64,000 nucleotides of DNA from Candidatus Collierbacteria bacterium UBA2277 (GTDB lineage: Bacteria; Patescibacteriota; Microgenomatia; UBA1400; MFAQ01): NCBI GenBank assembly GCA_002347045.1, contig DDWV01000002.1, positions 8,551 to 72,550 of the forward strand, given 5' to 3'. Below, in pieces: positions 19,175-28,433 of this stretch. Below the pieces are notes generated by a model. The model saw nothing but the letters and a program-made list of their open reading frames with translations, was not told where the DNA came from and made no database searches. The first letter of the stretch is position 1; every line of letters begins with the position of its first letter. The position numbers and the translations under genes were made by a program.

Positions 19175-20548
19175 ATGGAAAAACAAGACAATCAAGTCAC
19201 TCTAGAAAAGATTATTTCTCTTGCCAAACGCCGAGGTTTCGTCTTTCCTGGATCCGAAATTTATGGAGGTCTCGCCAACACCTACGACTTTGGCCCGCTT
19301 GGTACCGAACTAAAAAGAAACCTCATTAATATCTGGTGGAAAAAATTCGTTACCGACAGATCCGACATGTTTGGTCTTGATACATCTGTTCTCATGAGTC
19401 CAAAAGTATGGGAAGCTTCAGGTCACACAGAGAACTTCACCAATGTCATGATTGACTGCCTTACATGCAACTACCGTACCAGAGCTGATCACCTAATAGA
19501 AGAAAAGGTCAAAGGAGCCGAGAATGTTGAAGGTAAACCTTTGAAAGAACTAGATAAAATAATCAAAGACAACGATATCAAATGTCCCAAGTGTGGCAAA
19601 AAAAACTGGACCAAAACTAGAACCTTCAACCAGCTTTTTGAAACTCAGATTGGTATCATCACCGAAGGAAAAAGTACCGCATATCTTCGTGGCGAACTCG
19701 CTCAAGGCATGTTCGTTGACTTCAAACAAGTCCTAGATTCTCTTCACCCCAAACTCCCCTTTGGTCTAGCTCAATCCGGCAAAGCTTTCAGAAACGAAAT
19801 CACCATGGGAAAGTTTACTTTCAGAACCTTAGAGTTTGATCTTGCTGAGTTCGAATACTTTGTCAAGCCAGAAGACTGGGAACAATATTTCGAGTACTGG
19901 AAAAAAGAAATGTTTACCTTTGCTATCTCTCTAGGAATACCAGAAACAAAACTTCGCTGGAGAGCTCACACCAAAGAAGAGCTCAGTCACTATAGTTCTC
20001 GTACCGAAGATCTCGAGTACGAATTCCCATGGGGCTTCAAAGAAATGTTTGGACTCGCTTATCGAACCGACTTCGACCTTAAAAACCACATCGAAAAATC
20101 TGGTGTCGATCTGCGTTACACAGATCCTTACACTCAGGAAAAATTTATTCCCCACGTCGTCGAGCCAACATTTGGCCTTTCACGGCTTCTCACTATTGTT
20201 CTGATGAATTCATATTTTGAAGACACAGAAAAAAAGAGGGTTGTTATGAAATTTCCCAAGGCCTTAGCCCCATACAAGGTTGCTGTATTCCCCCTTGTTG
20301 GAAACAAAGAGGAATTAAGCACCAAAGCCAAAGAAATTTTCGAAATGCTTAAAACCGAAATGAATGCCGTTCTAGATGAGCGTGGCAATATTGGTAAGCG
20401 TTACTTCACACAAGACGAGGTAGGTACGCCCTACTGTGTAACAGTAGACTACACCACCCTCGAAGACAACACGGTTACAGTAAGAGAAAGAGACACCGCA
20501 AAACAAACCCGAGTCGATATAAATAACCTTCTTCAGTTTTTCAAGTAA
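19175..20548 (+). CDS. glyQS: glycyl-tRNA synthetase (dimeric alpha2 type)
   Basis: EIYGGLANTYDFGPLG, class II motifs. 457 aa. Confidence 0.88.
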   Translation: MEKQDNQVTLEKIISLAKRRGFVFPGSEIYGGLANTYDFGPLGTELKRNLINIWWKKFVTDRSDMFGLDTSVLMSPKVWEASGHTENFTNVMIDCLTCNYRTRADHLIEEKVKGAENVEGKPLKELDKIIKDNDIKCPKCGKKNWTKTRTFNQLFETQIGIITEGKSTAYLRGELAQGMFVDFKQVLDSLHPKLPFGLAQSGKAFRNEITMGKFTFRTLEFDLAEFEYFVKPEDWEQYFEYWKKEMFTFAISLGIPETKLRWRAHTKEELSHYSSRTEDLEYEFPWGFKEMFGLAYRTDFDLKNHIEKSGVDLRYTDPYTQEKFIPHVVEPTFGLSRLLTIVLMNSYFEDTEKKRVVMKFPKALAPYKVAVFPLVGNKEELSTKAKEIFEMLKTEMNAVLDERGNIGKRYFTQDEVGTPYCVTVDYTTLEDNTVTVRERDTAKQTRVDINNLLQFFK

Positions 20549-20654
20549 ACCAATTATCTTCCGTCTTGGGAAAAACAACCCCTACTAAAACAGCGTTTTT
20601 TCTTAGTGAGAATATCTTATACTTCTATAATTTTTCACAAAGAGAAGTGTAAAG

Positions 20655-20729
20655 GGTGGATGACGGGAATCGAACCCGCTACCTCCTCCTCCACAGGGAG
20701 GCGCTCTAACCAGATGAGCTACACCCACC
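20655..20729 (-). tRNA. tRNA-His (anticodon GTG) with encoded G-1
   Basis: Reverse complement G-GTGGGTG-TA-GCTC-ATCTGGTTA-GAGC-G-CCTCC-CTGTGGA-GGAGG-AGGTA-GCGGG-TTCGATT-CCCGT-CATCCAC-C. The extra 5' G is typical of tRNA-His. It sits directly downstream of hisS. Confidence 0.88.
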
Positions 20730-20787
20730 AAAAAAGGTGAACTCCTACATTTTACAACACATTAACCTCAGGAACACATTCTCCCTA

Positions 20788-22104
20788 TTATATATTTTGT
20801 ATCTTTTTTATTACAGTTTTTATATCTAGTAGTTCTTGATCCCCTGTTTCCATATTTTTTAGAGCTATCTTCTTCAGCTTCTCTTCTTCCTCTCCAATAA
20901 TTGCTATATAGGGAACTCCAACTTTATTAGCATATGTTAATTTCTTTCTAAACTTATCATCCTCAGTAAACACCTCAACTGGGATACCAGCCATACGCAT
21001 TTCACTAGCTGTTTTCAATGAAAAGGCCGACACCTTATCCATCGGCACAATAAGAACTTTTGCCACAGCAGACGTATCTGCTTTAACAATCCCTACACTA
21101 ATTAGCTGTGAAAAAAGCCTGGTAAGTCCAATCGAAACACCCACACCAGGGAGTCTTTGATTCGTATAACTATCTGCTAAATTATCAAATCTTCCTCCCC
21201 CGCAGACACTACCTTTTATCCTATCATCAAGAAGTTTTGTTTCATAAACTGTACCAGTGTAATAAGACAGCCCTCGTGCAATTGAAAGGTCTATCTGCAA
21301 ATTCTTCTCTGGTACTCCAAAATCAAACGCCATCTTAACCACTTCTTTCAATTCATTCACACCAGTATCAAATAAATCGTTCTTTATATCAAAAGACTCC
21401 AATTTATCGATAATCTGTTTATTTGATCCAGTTATCTTTACAAACTCAATAATTTTTTCAACATCACCAGACTTTATCCCCAAATCCTCAATCAACATCA
21501 AACGTACTGTTTCTTGCCCCACCTTCTCAAGCTTATCAATTGCCCTCAAAATTTCGTCTATTTTATTCAATGAACCCAAAGAATCCACCAAACCGCTTAA
21601 AATTTTTCTATTGTTAATGCTAATTAAAAAATCTCCCAAATCAAGCTTCTCAAATACTCTATTGATTACAGCAGGAATCTCAGCATCATTCGCAAGGCTT
21701 AAACTTCCATTTCCAATTATGTCAATATCACATTGATAAAACTCACGAAAACGCCCCTTCTGAGGTCTTTCACCGCGATACACCTTTCCTATCTGATACC
21801 TTCTATAAGGAAAGGTAAGCTGGTTATAATACATCGCCACATACCTCGCCAAAGGTACTGTTAAGTCAAATCTCAACCCCAAATCATCTCCACCTTTAGA
21901 AAATCGATAAATTTCCTTCTTAGTATCTTCACCTATCTCAGAAAATAAAATGTCGGCATTTTCTACAATTGGAGTATCTTGTGGTACAAAACCATACTCT
22001 TCATAAGTGTCTCGAATGATTTTTAGATATTTGTTAAAAAGAATCTGCTCCCCAGGTAGAAGCTCCATAAACCCGGCCTGAATTCTTGGTGTTACTTTTG
22101 TCAT
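20788..22104 (-). CDS. hisS: histidyl-tRNA synthetase
   Basis: Class II motifs (YRGERPQKGRFREFYQ, GGGRFDNL). 438 aa. Confidence 0.9.
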   Translation of the reverse strand: MTKVTPRIQAGFMELLPGEQILFNKYLKIIRDTYEEYGFVPQDTPIVENADILFSEIGEDTKKEIYRFSKGGDDLGLRFDLTVPLARYVAMYYNQLTFPYRRYQIGKVYRGERPQKGRFREFYQCDIDIIGNGSLSLANDAEIPAVINRVFEKLDLGDFLISINNRKILSGLVDSLGSLNKIDEILRAIDKLEKVGQETVRLMLIEDLGIKSGDVEKIIEFVKITGSNKQIIDKLESFDIKNDLFDTGVNELKEVVKMAFDFGVPEKNLQIDLSIARGLSYYTGTVYETKLLDDRIKGSVCGGGRFDNLADSYTNQRLPGVGVSIGLTRLFSQLISVGIVKADTSAVAKVLIVPMDKVSAFSLKTASEMRMAGIPVEVFTEDDKFRKKLTYANKVGVPYIAIIGEEEEKLKKIALKNMETGDQELLDIKTVIKKIQNI

Positions 22105-22109
22105 TTTTA

Positions 22110-23312
22110 CTATTTTACAATTTTTATATATTTTCGTTTTCCCACACGCACTACTCCGTCACCCACAGCTATCTCTTCACTGTTTTTCTCTACCCTCACT
22201 TCATTCAAATAAACCCCTCCTTGTTCAACCAATCTTTTTGCTTCACCCTTACTTGATGCCATCCCATTATCTACAATCATTTTAATTATTTCCTCCGTAG
22301 TCACAAAACTCTTCTCCCATTTTACTTCAGGTGCATTTTCATCCACCTTCTTCTCCACCACAGTTTTTTGAAAAAACTCCTCCGCAGCTTCTACCTCATT
22401 TTTTCCACAAAGCTCACGAACTATTATTCTTCCTAACTCTCGCTTAATGTTCATTGGATTTTCACCACTTTCAAGCCTAATTTTGGCTTCATCTATTACA
22501 GAAACATCCACATTAGTACCCATTGTGTAGTAAGGAATTATCATATCATCACTTACAGACATAATTTTTCCAAATATCTCCTCAGGTGAGTCCTCAAGCC
22601 ATACAGCATTTCCCCAAGTTTTACTCATTTTCCTACCGTCGGTTCCTGGCAAAAATCCATTAGCTACAATACAGGAATCTTTTCCCTTAAGGTCATGAAT
22701 CAAAGTTCTTCCTGCTTGCATATTAAATGTCTGATCAGTTCCACCTAGTTGAATATCCGTGTCCAGTGCAAAACTATCATACCCCTGCATAATTGGATAA
22801 AGCACTTCTGGCAAACTTACACTTTTCCCCTCGGTAAGTCGTTTCTTAATTAACTCTCGACCGATAAAGTCGTTCAAAGAAAAGTGACTCGTCAGTTTCA
22901 ACACTCCAGCAAAATCGAGCTTACTAAGCCACTCGCTATTAAATCGAACTTCTATTTTAGAATAATCCAAAAACTTTTTTGCCTGCCTCTTGTACGTCTG
23001 AAAATTTTCTTCAACCTGTTCTCTTGTCAAAACAGGCCTCTCACTTTCTTTATCGGAAGTATCTCCGACTGTAGCGGTAAAGTCTCCTATCAAAAATGTT
23101 ACATGATGTCCCAACTCTGCCAATATTTGCAACTTTCTCAAAGGAAAAGCATGTCCAAGATGAATTCTTGTGGCCGTTGGGTCAATACCCATATATACAT
23201 TAAGCACCTTTCCAGAACTCAATAGTTTTTCAACTTCCTCCTTGCCCGGAATAATGTTTTCTACTCCACGAGTCAAAAAGCTTTCAATTAATTCGCCTTC
23301 TTTTGTTGTCAT
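22110..23312 (-). CDS. tyrS: tyrosyl-tRNA synthetase
   Basis: HLGHAFPLRKLQ (HIGH), KMSKT, C-terminal S4 domain. 400 aa. Confidence 0.9.
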   Translation of the reverse strand: MTTKEGELIESFLTRGVENIIPGKEEVEKLLSSGKVLNVYMGIDPTATRIHLGHAFPLRKLQILAELGHHVTFLIGDFTATVGDTSDKESERPVLTREQVEENFQTYKRQAKKFLDYSKIEVRFNSEWLSKLDFAGVLKLTSHFSLNDFIGRELIKKRLTEGKSVSLPEVLYPIMQGYDSFALDTDIQLGGTDQTFNMQAGRTLIHDLKGKDSCIVANGFLPGTDGRKMSKTWGNAVWLEDSPEEIFGKIMSVSDDMIIPYYTMGTNVDVSVIDEAKIRLESGENPMNIKRELGRIIVRELCGKNEVEAAEEFFQKTVVEKKVDENAPEVKWEKSFVTTEEIIKMIVDNGMASSKGEAKRLVEQGGVYLNEVRVEKNSEEIAVGDGVVRVGKRKYIKIVK

Positions 23313-23336
23313 TTATCTTATTGTAATCATTAATAA

Positions 23337-24425
23337 TTATATTGTTAAGCCCAAGTATTCACACATTCCTTGAAAAAATGTCATTACTGAACTCAAACTT
23401 ATCCATTCTCCGTCAGAGTGAATCTCGCCGCCTATTGGTTTATGCATAATCACCGGTACCTTCAAATCGGCAAAGTGTCTCGCGTCAGACGCTCCATAAG
23501 TGGGTCGGACCATGATCTCTCTCCCAAACGCCTTATTCATCGTCTCGATATACTTCACTACTCTTGGCTCAGACACTTCGGTAAACGTCGGCATCCCTGT
23601 GCTCATCAATGAAATATTCCATTCTCCATCAATTTCATTGGTCAACACTTCTACCTTATTTTTAATATTTTCAATCGAATCACTTTCCGAATAACGAAAA
23701 TCCAATTTCACCTCTGCCTCGGCGCATACTTGGTTAGTTGAGATTCCGCCGTTAATTACTCCAATATTCATTGTAGTATTCCAACCTTCGACCAAGTTAT
23801 ATTGTTCGTAATCATCCAGCAATTTTTGTACTAATTTAACGATATTAGCTAATGCGTTTTTTCCCTGCCATGGCCTAGAAGCGTGGGCTGGTTTACCCTT
23901 AGCCACTACCCGGATCTGACAAACTCCTTTTGCCTTATCCACAAAGTTAAGGTCTTCACCGCCATCGGGAACGATTAGCAATTTGGGCGAAAAGTTTAAT
24001 ACCTCTCTCAAATATTTCGCTCCCTCCAACCCACCGGTTTCTTCATCAGTGGTAATAATCAAACAAAGGTCTAGGTTTTTAGCTACAGCCTCATTGATCA
24101 GCTCCACACCCAAAGGAATTGAGAACTTCATATCACAAGTACCTCTTCCAAAAAGTTTATCCCCAACAATTTTTAATTTAAATTGTTTATCCGTACCGGC
24201 CACCACATCCATATGCACCATGTAGCAAATTTCGGGTGACATTCCCTTATTAACAGAAGCAACCATCACTTCAGCTTTCCCATTCTTGTATCTCTCTATG
24301 TTTATCTTTTTATCGAGCCATGTCTCTACCAGGTCAAGTGCTTTTTTATTTGCCTCCACTTCTCCGGACAAAGTCCGTATTTCTACCAATTGTTTTAATT
24401 GTTCTACAAATTTTTTTTTATTCAT
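23337..24425 (-). CDS. M20 family metallopeptidase (DapE/ArgE-like)
   Basis: HMDVV, GRGTCDMKF and other metal-ligand motifs. 362 aa. Confidence 0.7.
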   Translation of the reverse strand: MNKKKFVEQLKQLVEIRTLSGEVEANKKALDLVETWLDKKINIERYKNGKAEVMVASVNKGMSPEICYMVHMDVVAGTDKQFKLKIVGDKLFGRGTCDMKFSIPLGVELINEAVAKNLDLCLIITTDEETGGLEGAKYLREVLNFSPKLLIVPDGGEDLNFVDKAKGVCQIRVVAKGKPAHASRPWQGKNALANIVKLVQKLLDDYEQYNLVEGWNTTMNIGVINGGISTNQVCAEAEVKLDFRYSESDSIENIKNKVEVLTNEIDGEWNISLMSTGMPTFTEVSEPRVVKYIETMNKAFGREIMVRPTYGASDARHFADLKVPVIMHKPIGGEIHSDGEWISLSSVMTFFQGMCEYLGLTI

Positions 24426-24468
24426 AGTATTTAGTATATTTTTTGTTATTTTTTTAATTTAACTAACG

Positions 24469-24551
24469 TGCCGAGGACAAGATTCGAACTTGTGTAGGCT
24501 TGCGCCCCGGGTTTTACAGACCCGAGTATTTGTCCACTCTACCACCTCGGC
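24469..24551 (-). tRNA. tRNA-Tyr (anticodon GTA), type II with long variable arm
   Basis: Reverse complement GCCGAGG...CGGGT-CTGTAAA-ACCCG-GGGCGCAAGCCTACA-CAAGT-TCGAATC-TTGTC-CTCGGC-A. Confidence 0.88.
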
Positions 24552-24556
24552 AGATA

Positions 24557-24586
24557 CAAAAAAACCTCTCCGGACGGAGAGGTTTT
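24557..24586 (-). terminator. terminator hairpin cctctcc-ggac-ggagagg with U8 on minus. A downstream 11-nt repeat (24599-24609) can form a competing antiterminator-like helix.
   Basis: 7-bp GC-rich stem. plus a557-564 gives a U8 run on the minus strand. It lies between thrS and tRNA-Tyr. Confidence 0.65.
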
Positions 24587-24659
24587 ATATCCAAAAAAGC
24601 TCTCCGTCCTAAAAGAAGAAATAGTGATAACCGAAAGCTTTATTAATCATATCTAACAT

Positions 24660-24690
24660 ATTTTACCATACAAAAATCCGCACCCGTCAA
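24660..24690 (-). promoter_or_regulatory. candidate promoter: -35 TTGACG (24685-24690), 19-bp spacer, extended -10 TGGTAAAAT (24660-24668)
   Basis: Minus strand reads TTGACGggtgcggatttttgtaTGGTAAAATatg. Confidence 0.5.
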
Positions 24691-24694
24691 AAAT

Positions 24695-26461
24695 CTATAA
24701 TGATTTATCCTTCACTTCCTTATTAATCTTAGACACAAAATCGGCAATCGTCATTACCCCCAAATCCTTTTGCCCTCGTTGGCGAACTGACACTTTTTTT
24801 GCTTCCGCCTCTTTCTCTCCAATAATCAGCATGTATGGAACTTTACAAACCTCCGCTTTATGAATCTTTTTTCCCAAAGAATCAGCGTCTTCGTTAAGTT
24901 CAACTCTAATACCTTTTTCAACCAGTTTTTCCATCACTGTCTCTGAATAATTATTCGTCTTCTCGGAAATTGGTAAAATTTCTACTTGCACGGGAGACAA
25001 CCAAAGTGGCAAATTACCAGCAGTGTGTTCTAATAGCAAACCCATAAAACGTTCCGGGGACCCCAAAATTGCCCTATGGATCATCACCGGTGTTTTTGCA
25101 GTGCCATCGCTATCAGTATACTCAAGCCCAAAACGTACCGGCATTATCATATCAAGCTGGATTGTAGAAATCTGCCATTCGCGACCCAAAGCGTCTACTG
25201 CAATAAAGTCCAATTTTGGTCCATAAATTGCCGCCTCTCCTTCCACTTTTTTATACTCCAATTTATTTTTAATCAATATTTCTTCCAAAAGTTTTTGTGA
25301 ACTTTCCCATACGTCAGGTGATCCCAAATACTTCTCTTTGTTCGTAGGATCCCACAAAGAAAGCCTAGTCCAGTACTTCATACCAAAAGGCTTCAGGGCT
25401 TTATCTATTATCTTTATGACATTCTCAAACTCCCCCTCAATTTGATCTTCCCTGCAAAAACTATGTCCATCATCCTGGCTAAAAGCTCTCAAACGAATCA
25501 ACCCAGACAACTCGCCTGGTTTTTCATCTCGATAAAGATTAGCAAAGTCAGACATACGAATAGGCAAGTCTTTATAACTTCTCTGTTTGCTGGCAAAAAT
25601 CTGCGTATGCATAGGGCAGTTCATTGGTTTCACAAAATACTCTTCTTTTGTGTAGTTACTAGCCACTCGCAACATAGAATCTTGATACTTTTCATAGTGA
25701 CCGGAAGTTTTAAAAAGATCTGCTTTTGTTATTTGTGGAGTCCACACTTCTTCGTAGCCAATACTTTTTTGCAATTCATTGGCCCACTCTTGCAACTGCC
25801 TTCTAACAAAGGCCCCTTTTTTGGTATACAAAGGCATCCCAGAACCCACCAAGTCTGAAAAAACGAACAAGTCCATTTCCTTCCCGATTTTACGGTGGTC
25901 TCTTTTTTTTGCCTCATCCAACTGCCATAGGTATTTGTCCAACTCTTCCTGTGTTTCAAAAGCTGTTCCATAAATTCTTGTCAACATCTTATTTTTTTCG
26001 TCTCCGTGCCAGTAAGCCCCAGCAATCGACAAAAGTTTAAAAGCTTTCAGCTCACCCGTCCTAGCCACATGAGGGCCAGAGCAAAGATCTACAAAAGACC
26101 CCACTCTATTTGGTTCACCAGTCCAATACACCGATATCTTTTCATTTTCCTCTTCAGCCTTTTCAATCCACTCCTGCTTGTAAGGATTATCTCTAAATAT
26201 TTTCTCTGCCAGCTCTGCCGTAACAATCATTTTTTCAAAAGGCAAGTTTTCACTAACGATCTTTTTCATCTCCTTTTCAATTTTTGGAAAATCTGACTCA
26301 GTTACCCTGAACCCGTTTGTTGTATCAAAATCAAAATAGAAGCCATTTTCTATCGAGGGCCCCATGGCTTTTATTATCTGACCAGGCCAAAGCCTCTCCA
26401 TTGCCTGAGTTAGTATATGTTCTGCACTATGTCTAAGTGCATGTAGTTTATTTTCTTCCAT
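24695..26461 (-). CDS. thrS: threonyl-tRNA synthetase (lacks N-terminal TGS domain)
   Basis: tRNA_SAD HxxxH region, class II core HRAILGSPERFMGLLLEH. 588 aa. Confidence 0.9.
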   Translation of the reverse strand: MEENKLHALRHSAEHILTQAMERLWPGQIIKAMGPSIENGFYFDFDTTNGFRVTESDFPKIEKEMKKIVSENLPFEKMIVTAELAEKIFRDNPYKQEWIEKAEEENEKISVYWTGEPNRVGSFVDLCSGPHVARTGELKAFKLLSIAGAYWHGDEKNKMLTRIYGTAFETQEELDKYLWQLDEAKKRDHRKIGKEMDLFVFSDLVGSGMPLYTKKGAFVRRQLQEWANELQKSIGYEEVWTPQITKADLFKTSGHYEKYQDSMLRVASNYTKEEYFVKPMNCPMHTQIFASKQRSYKDLPIRMSDFANLYRDEKPGELSGLIRLRAFSQDDGHSFCREDQIEGEFENVIKIIDKALKPFGMKYWTRLSLWDPTNKEKYLGSPDVWESSQKLLEEILIKNKLEYKKVEGEAAIYGPKLDFIAVDALGREWQISTIQLDMIMPVRFGLEYTDSDGTAKTPVMIHRAILGSPERFMGLLLEHTAGNLPLWLSPVQVEILPISEKTNNYSETVMEKLVEKGIRVELNEDADSLGKKIHKAEVCKVPYMLIIGEKEAEAKKVSVRQRGQKDLGVMTIADFVSKINKEVKDKSL

Positions 26462-26640
26462 GTTGGTTTGGGCCGTCAGTCTTTGTTCTTTATGCGACGC
26501 TACGCAGACTTGAATTGCTTGGTTCCACGAAGTGGAAATTCAAGTCGAGTATCGAGATAATTGTCGTTCGCAGGAAACGACAAATTATCGGTCGCCAATT
26601 AAGAATGAAGACAGAAGGCGATAAATAATATGTTAAAAAC

Positions 26641-26678
26641 AAAAAAACCACCCTTCTTGCAAGAACCCTTTCGGGTGG
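26641..26678 (-). terminator. rho-independent terminator (ccaccc...gggtgg enclosing palindrome ttcttgcaagaa) with U7 on minus
   Basis: Hairpin followed on the minus strand by ttttttt. Downstream of the 26814..27848 gene. Confidence 0.65.
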
Positions 26679-26813
26679 TTCCATCTTGCTTGCTAGGTAG
26701 CCTCTTAGTTCAAAGCGTTAGTGCTTTAGACTTGTTTTTCCCCGGTTGGTAGTCGGATCAACAAAACAATTCACTTGTAATCATGAGTATATCACTCTCC
26801 AAACAAAAAAATA

Positions 26814-27848
26814 CTATTTCAAAGTTTCACTGAACTCTTTGAAAGATGGTGACTTCATGTCTCGTTCCGATCTGATTATCTTGTCCATAGGTACATATTT
26901 TTCCCAAGAAATTGCCAACTTCTCATCAAAAGGATTCACTGCAAATGTCGCCGTGTCAGGCCTCCACAAATCATCCACGACATATGCATAATCTAGTTTT
27001 TCAGACAAAACCATAAAAGAATTCGCTATACCAGGTTCCACGAATATTGCTCCACCATTTATTTGTTGACCATCAGGAGTTTTTCCAAATCCTAAATAAA
27101 TTGTTTCCATCTTTCCATATGTTCTCGACTTTGACCTACAATCCAAAAGTACACACACCGCCAATCCCGAAATAACAGTTACTAGTTTTGCCCATGGCTC
27201 CACATGTAATCCACGCAGTGTTCCATAAATTGAATAGGAATGATTTACTTGTTTCCCCACAAAGTCATAACCAGTAAGTAGCTCTATCTCTGGAAAACGA
27301 ACAACCTCTCGAAAGCTTCCTCTATCATCCCCCCTAGTCTGTGACAAAATATGAAACAAACCCCTTATTTTTGTTTCTTCAACTTTGGCCGTTAATTTTG
27401 ACCGCACAGCTTCTTTCTCCGTCACGATTTCATCAGCTAATTTTTTCAAAAACTCACTTCCACCCCTATCATAACCTCTTTGCTCCATCTCGATTCCCAC
27501 TTGCCTAATTTCTTCTATAATCCACTCTGGCAAGAATCCCAAATCCAAAATATCATCCTTTTCGCCTTTCTTTCCTCTCACAAATCTCTCAAAATACAAC
27601 TTTTCCTCTCCATCTATACTCATTGCCATCAAATTCCAGTACTGCTGCGATCTTCTTTCCTCAATCTTCAAACTCCATGGTAATTTTTGAGAATAACTTC
27701 CACCCTTATTCGTCATTTTTTCTACCGAAATAATCACCAATCTGTCATTTCCATATCTCAAATCGCAAAACTCCCTTCGAAACCAGTACCTCTTTGACTC
27801 AGACATCTCTGCCACTTCATAAACTGCGTCGTTAATATTTTTTTTCAT
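26814..27848 (-). CDS. two-domain protein: unknown N-terminal domain plus C-terminal RmlC-like cupin (dTDP-sugar 3,5-epimerase-like)
   Basis: C-terminal half has RmlC-like motifs GDDRGSFREV, NHSYSIYGTLRGLHVE and GGAIFVEPGIANSF. 344 aa. Confidence 0.55.
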   Translation of the reverse strand: MKKNINDAVYEVAEMSESKRYWFRREFCDLRYGNDRLVIISVEKMTNKGGSYSQKLPWSLKIEERRSQQYWNLMAMSIDGEEKLYFERFVRGKKGEKDDILDLGFLPEWIIEEIRQVGIEMEQRGYDRGGSEFLKKLADEIVTEKEAVRSKLTAKVEETKIRGLFHILSQTRGDDRGSFREVVRFPEIELLTGYDFVGKQVNHSYSIYGTLRGLHVEPWAKLVTVISGLAVCVLLDCRSKSRTYGKMETIYLGFGKTPDGQQINGGAIFVEPGIANSFMVLSEKLDYAYVVDDLWRPDTATFAVNPFDEKLAISWEKYVPMDKIIRSERDMKSPSFKEFSETLK

Positions 27849-27851
27849 TTT

Positions 27852-28424
27852 TTATAAGGATGCAATAAAATCTTTTAAATTCAAAATCTCTGTTTCTTCA
27901 TTTTTATCCAACTCACTAGTACCCTCTGGCCAGCTTACACCAAGTGCTGGATCAAACAAATCAAGTGTTTTCAAAGAATCAAATCTGTTAAAAGGTCTGT
28001 CTCCAACGGCAATATACATACTATCATCATCTATTGGCACAAAGGAATCAATCACACCATCAGGTACCAAAATTGAGTTCCCCCAGGCACGTTCATCTTC
28101 TCCCACAAGCAACTGAACCACCTTACCCTGACTACTTCCAGGTCTCATGTCAACCAGTACATGGAAAGTCATACCCTTAACCGTAACAATTTTTGACCTT
28201 CCTTCGAGATGACCACCCCTTATAACTCCTTTTTCAGACCAAATTGAATACATTGTTCTTGGCTCAAATCGATAACCCAAATAATAAGATATCTCGTTAA
28301 AATCAACATTCTCCATCAACCAACCATTTGCCTTTTCCTGATATTTTTTGGAACGGATAGAAATTAACCCAGGAATTTCCAGTTGTTTATAAGATCGAGA
28401 ACTCTGAGATTCATTTAGCTCCAT
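27852..28424 (-). CDS. RmlC-like cupin sugar-nucleotide epimerase/isomerase
   Basis: IRGGHLE and other RmlC/FdtA-like cupin motifs. 190 aa. Confidence 0.55.
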   Translation of the reverse strand: MELNESQSSRSYKQLEIPGLISIRSKKYQEKANGWLMENVDFNEISYYLGYRFEPRTMYSIWSEKGVIRGGHLEGRSKIVTVKGMTFHVLVDMRPGSSQGKVVQLLVGEDERAWGNSILVPDGVIDSFVPIDDDSMYIAVGDRPFNRFDSLKTLDLFDPALGVSWPEGTSELDKNEETEILNLKDFIASL

Positions 28425-28433
28425 TTTTATATT

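Noticed and set aside
20550-20650. Terminator after glyQS
   Set aside because: There are only weak AT-rich inverted repeats (aaaacagcgtttttt). This is not convincing as an intrinsic terminator.
26641-26690. T-box motif AGGGUGG upstream of thrS
   Set aside because: The GGGTGG word is simply one arm of a canonical terminator hairpin (ccaccc...gggtgg + U7). There is no NACC bulge context and no Stem I.
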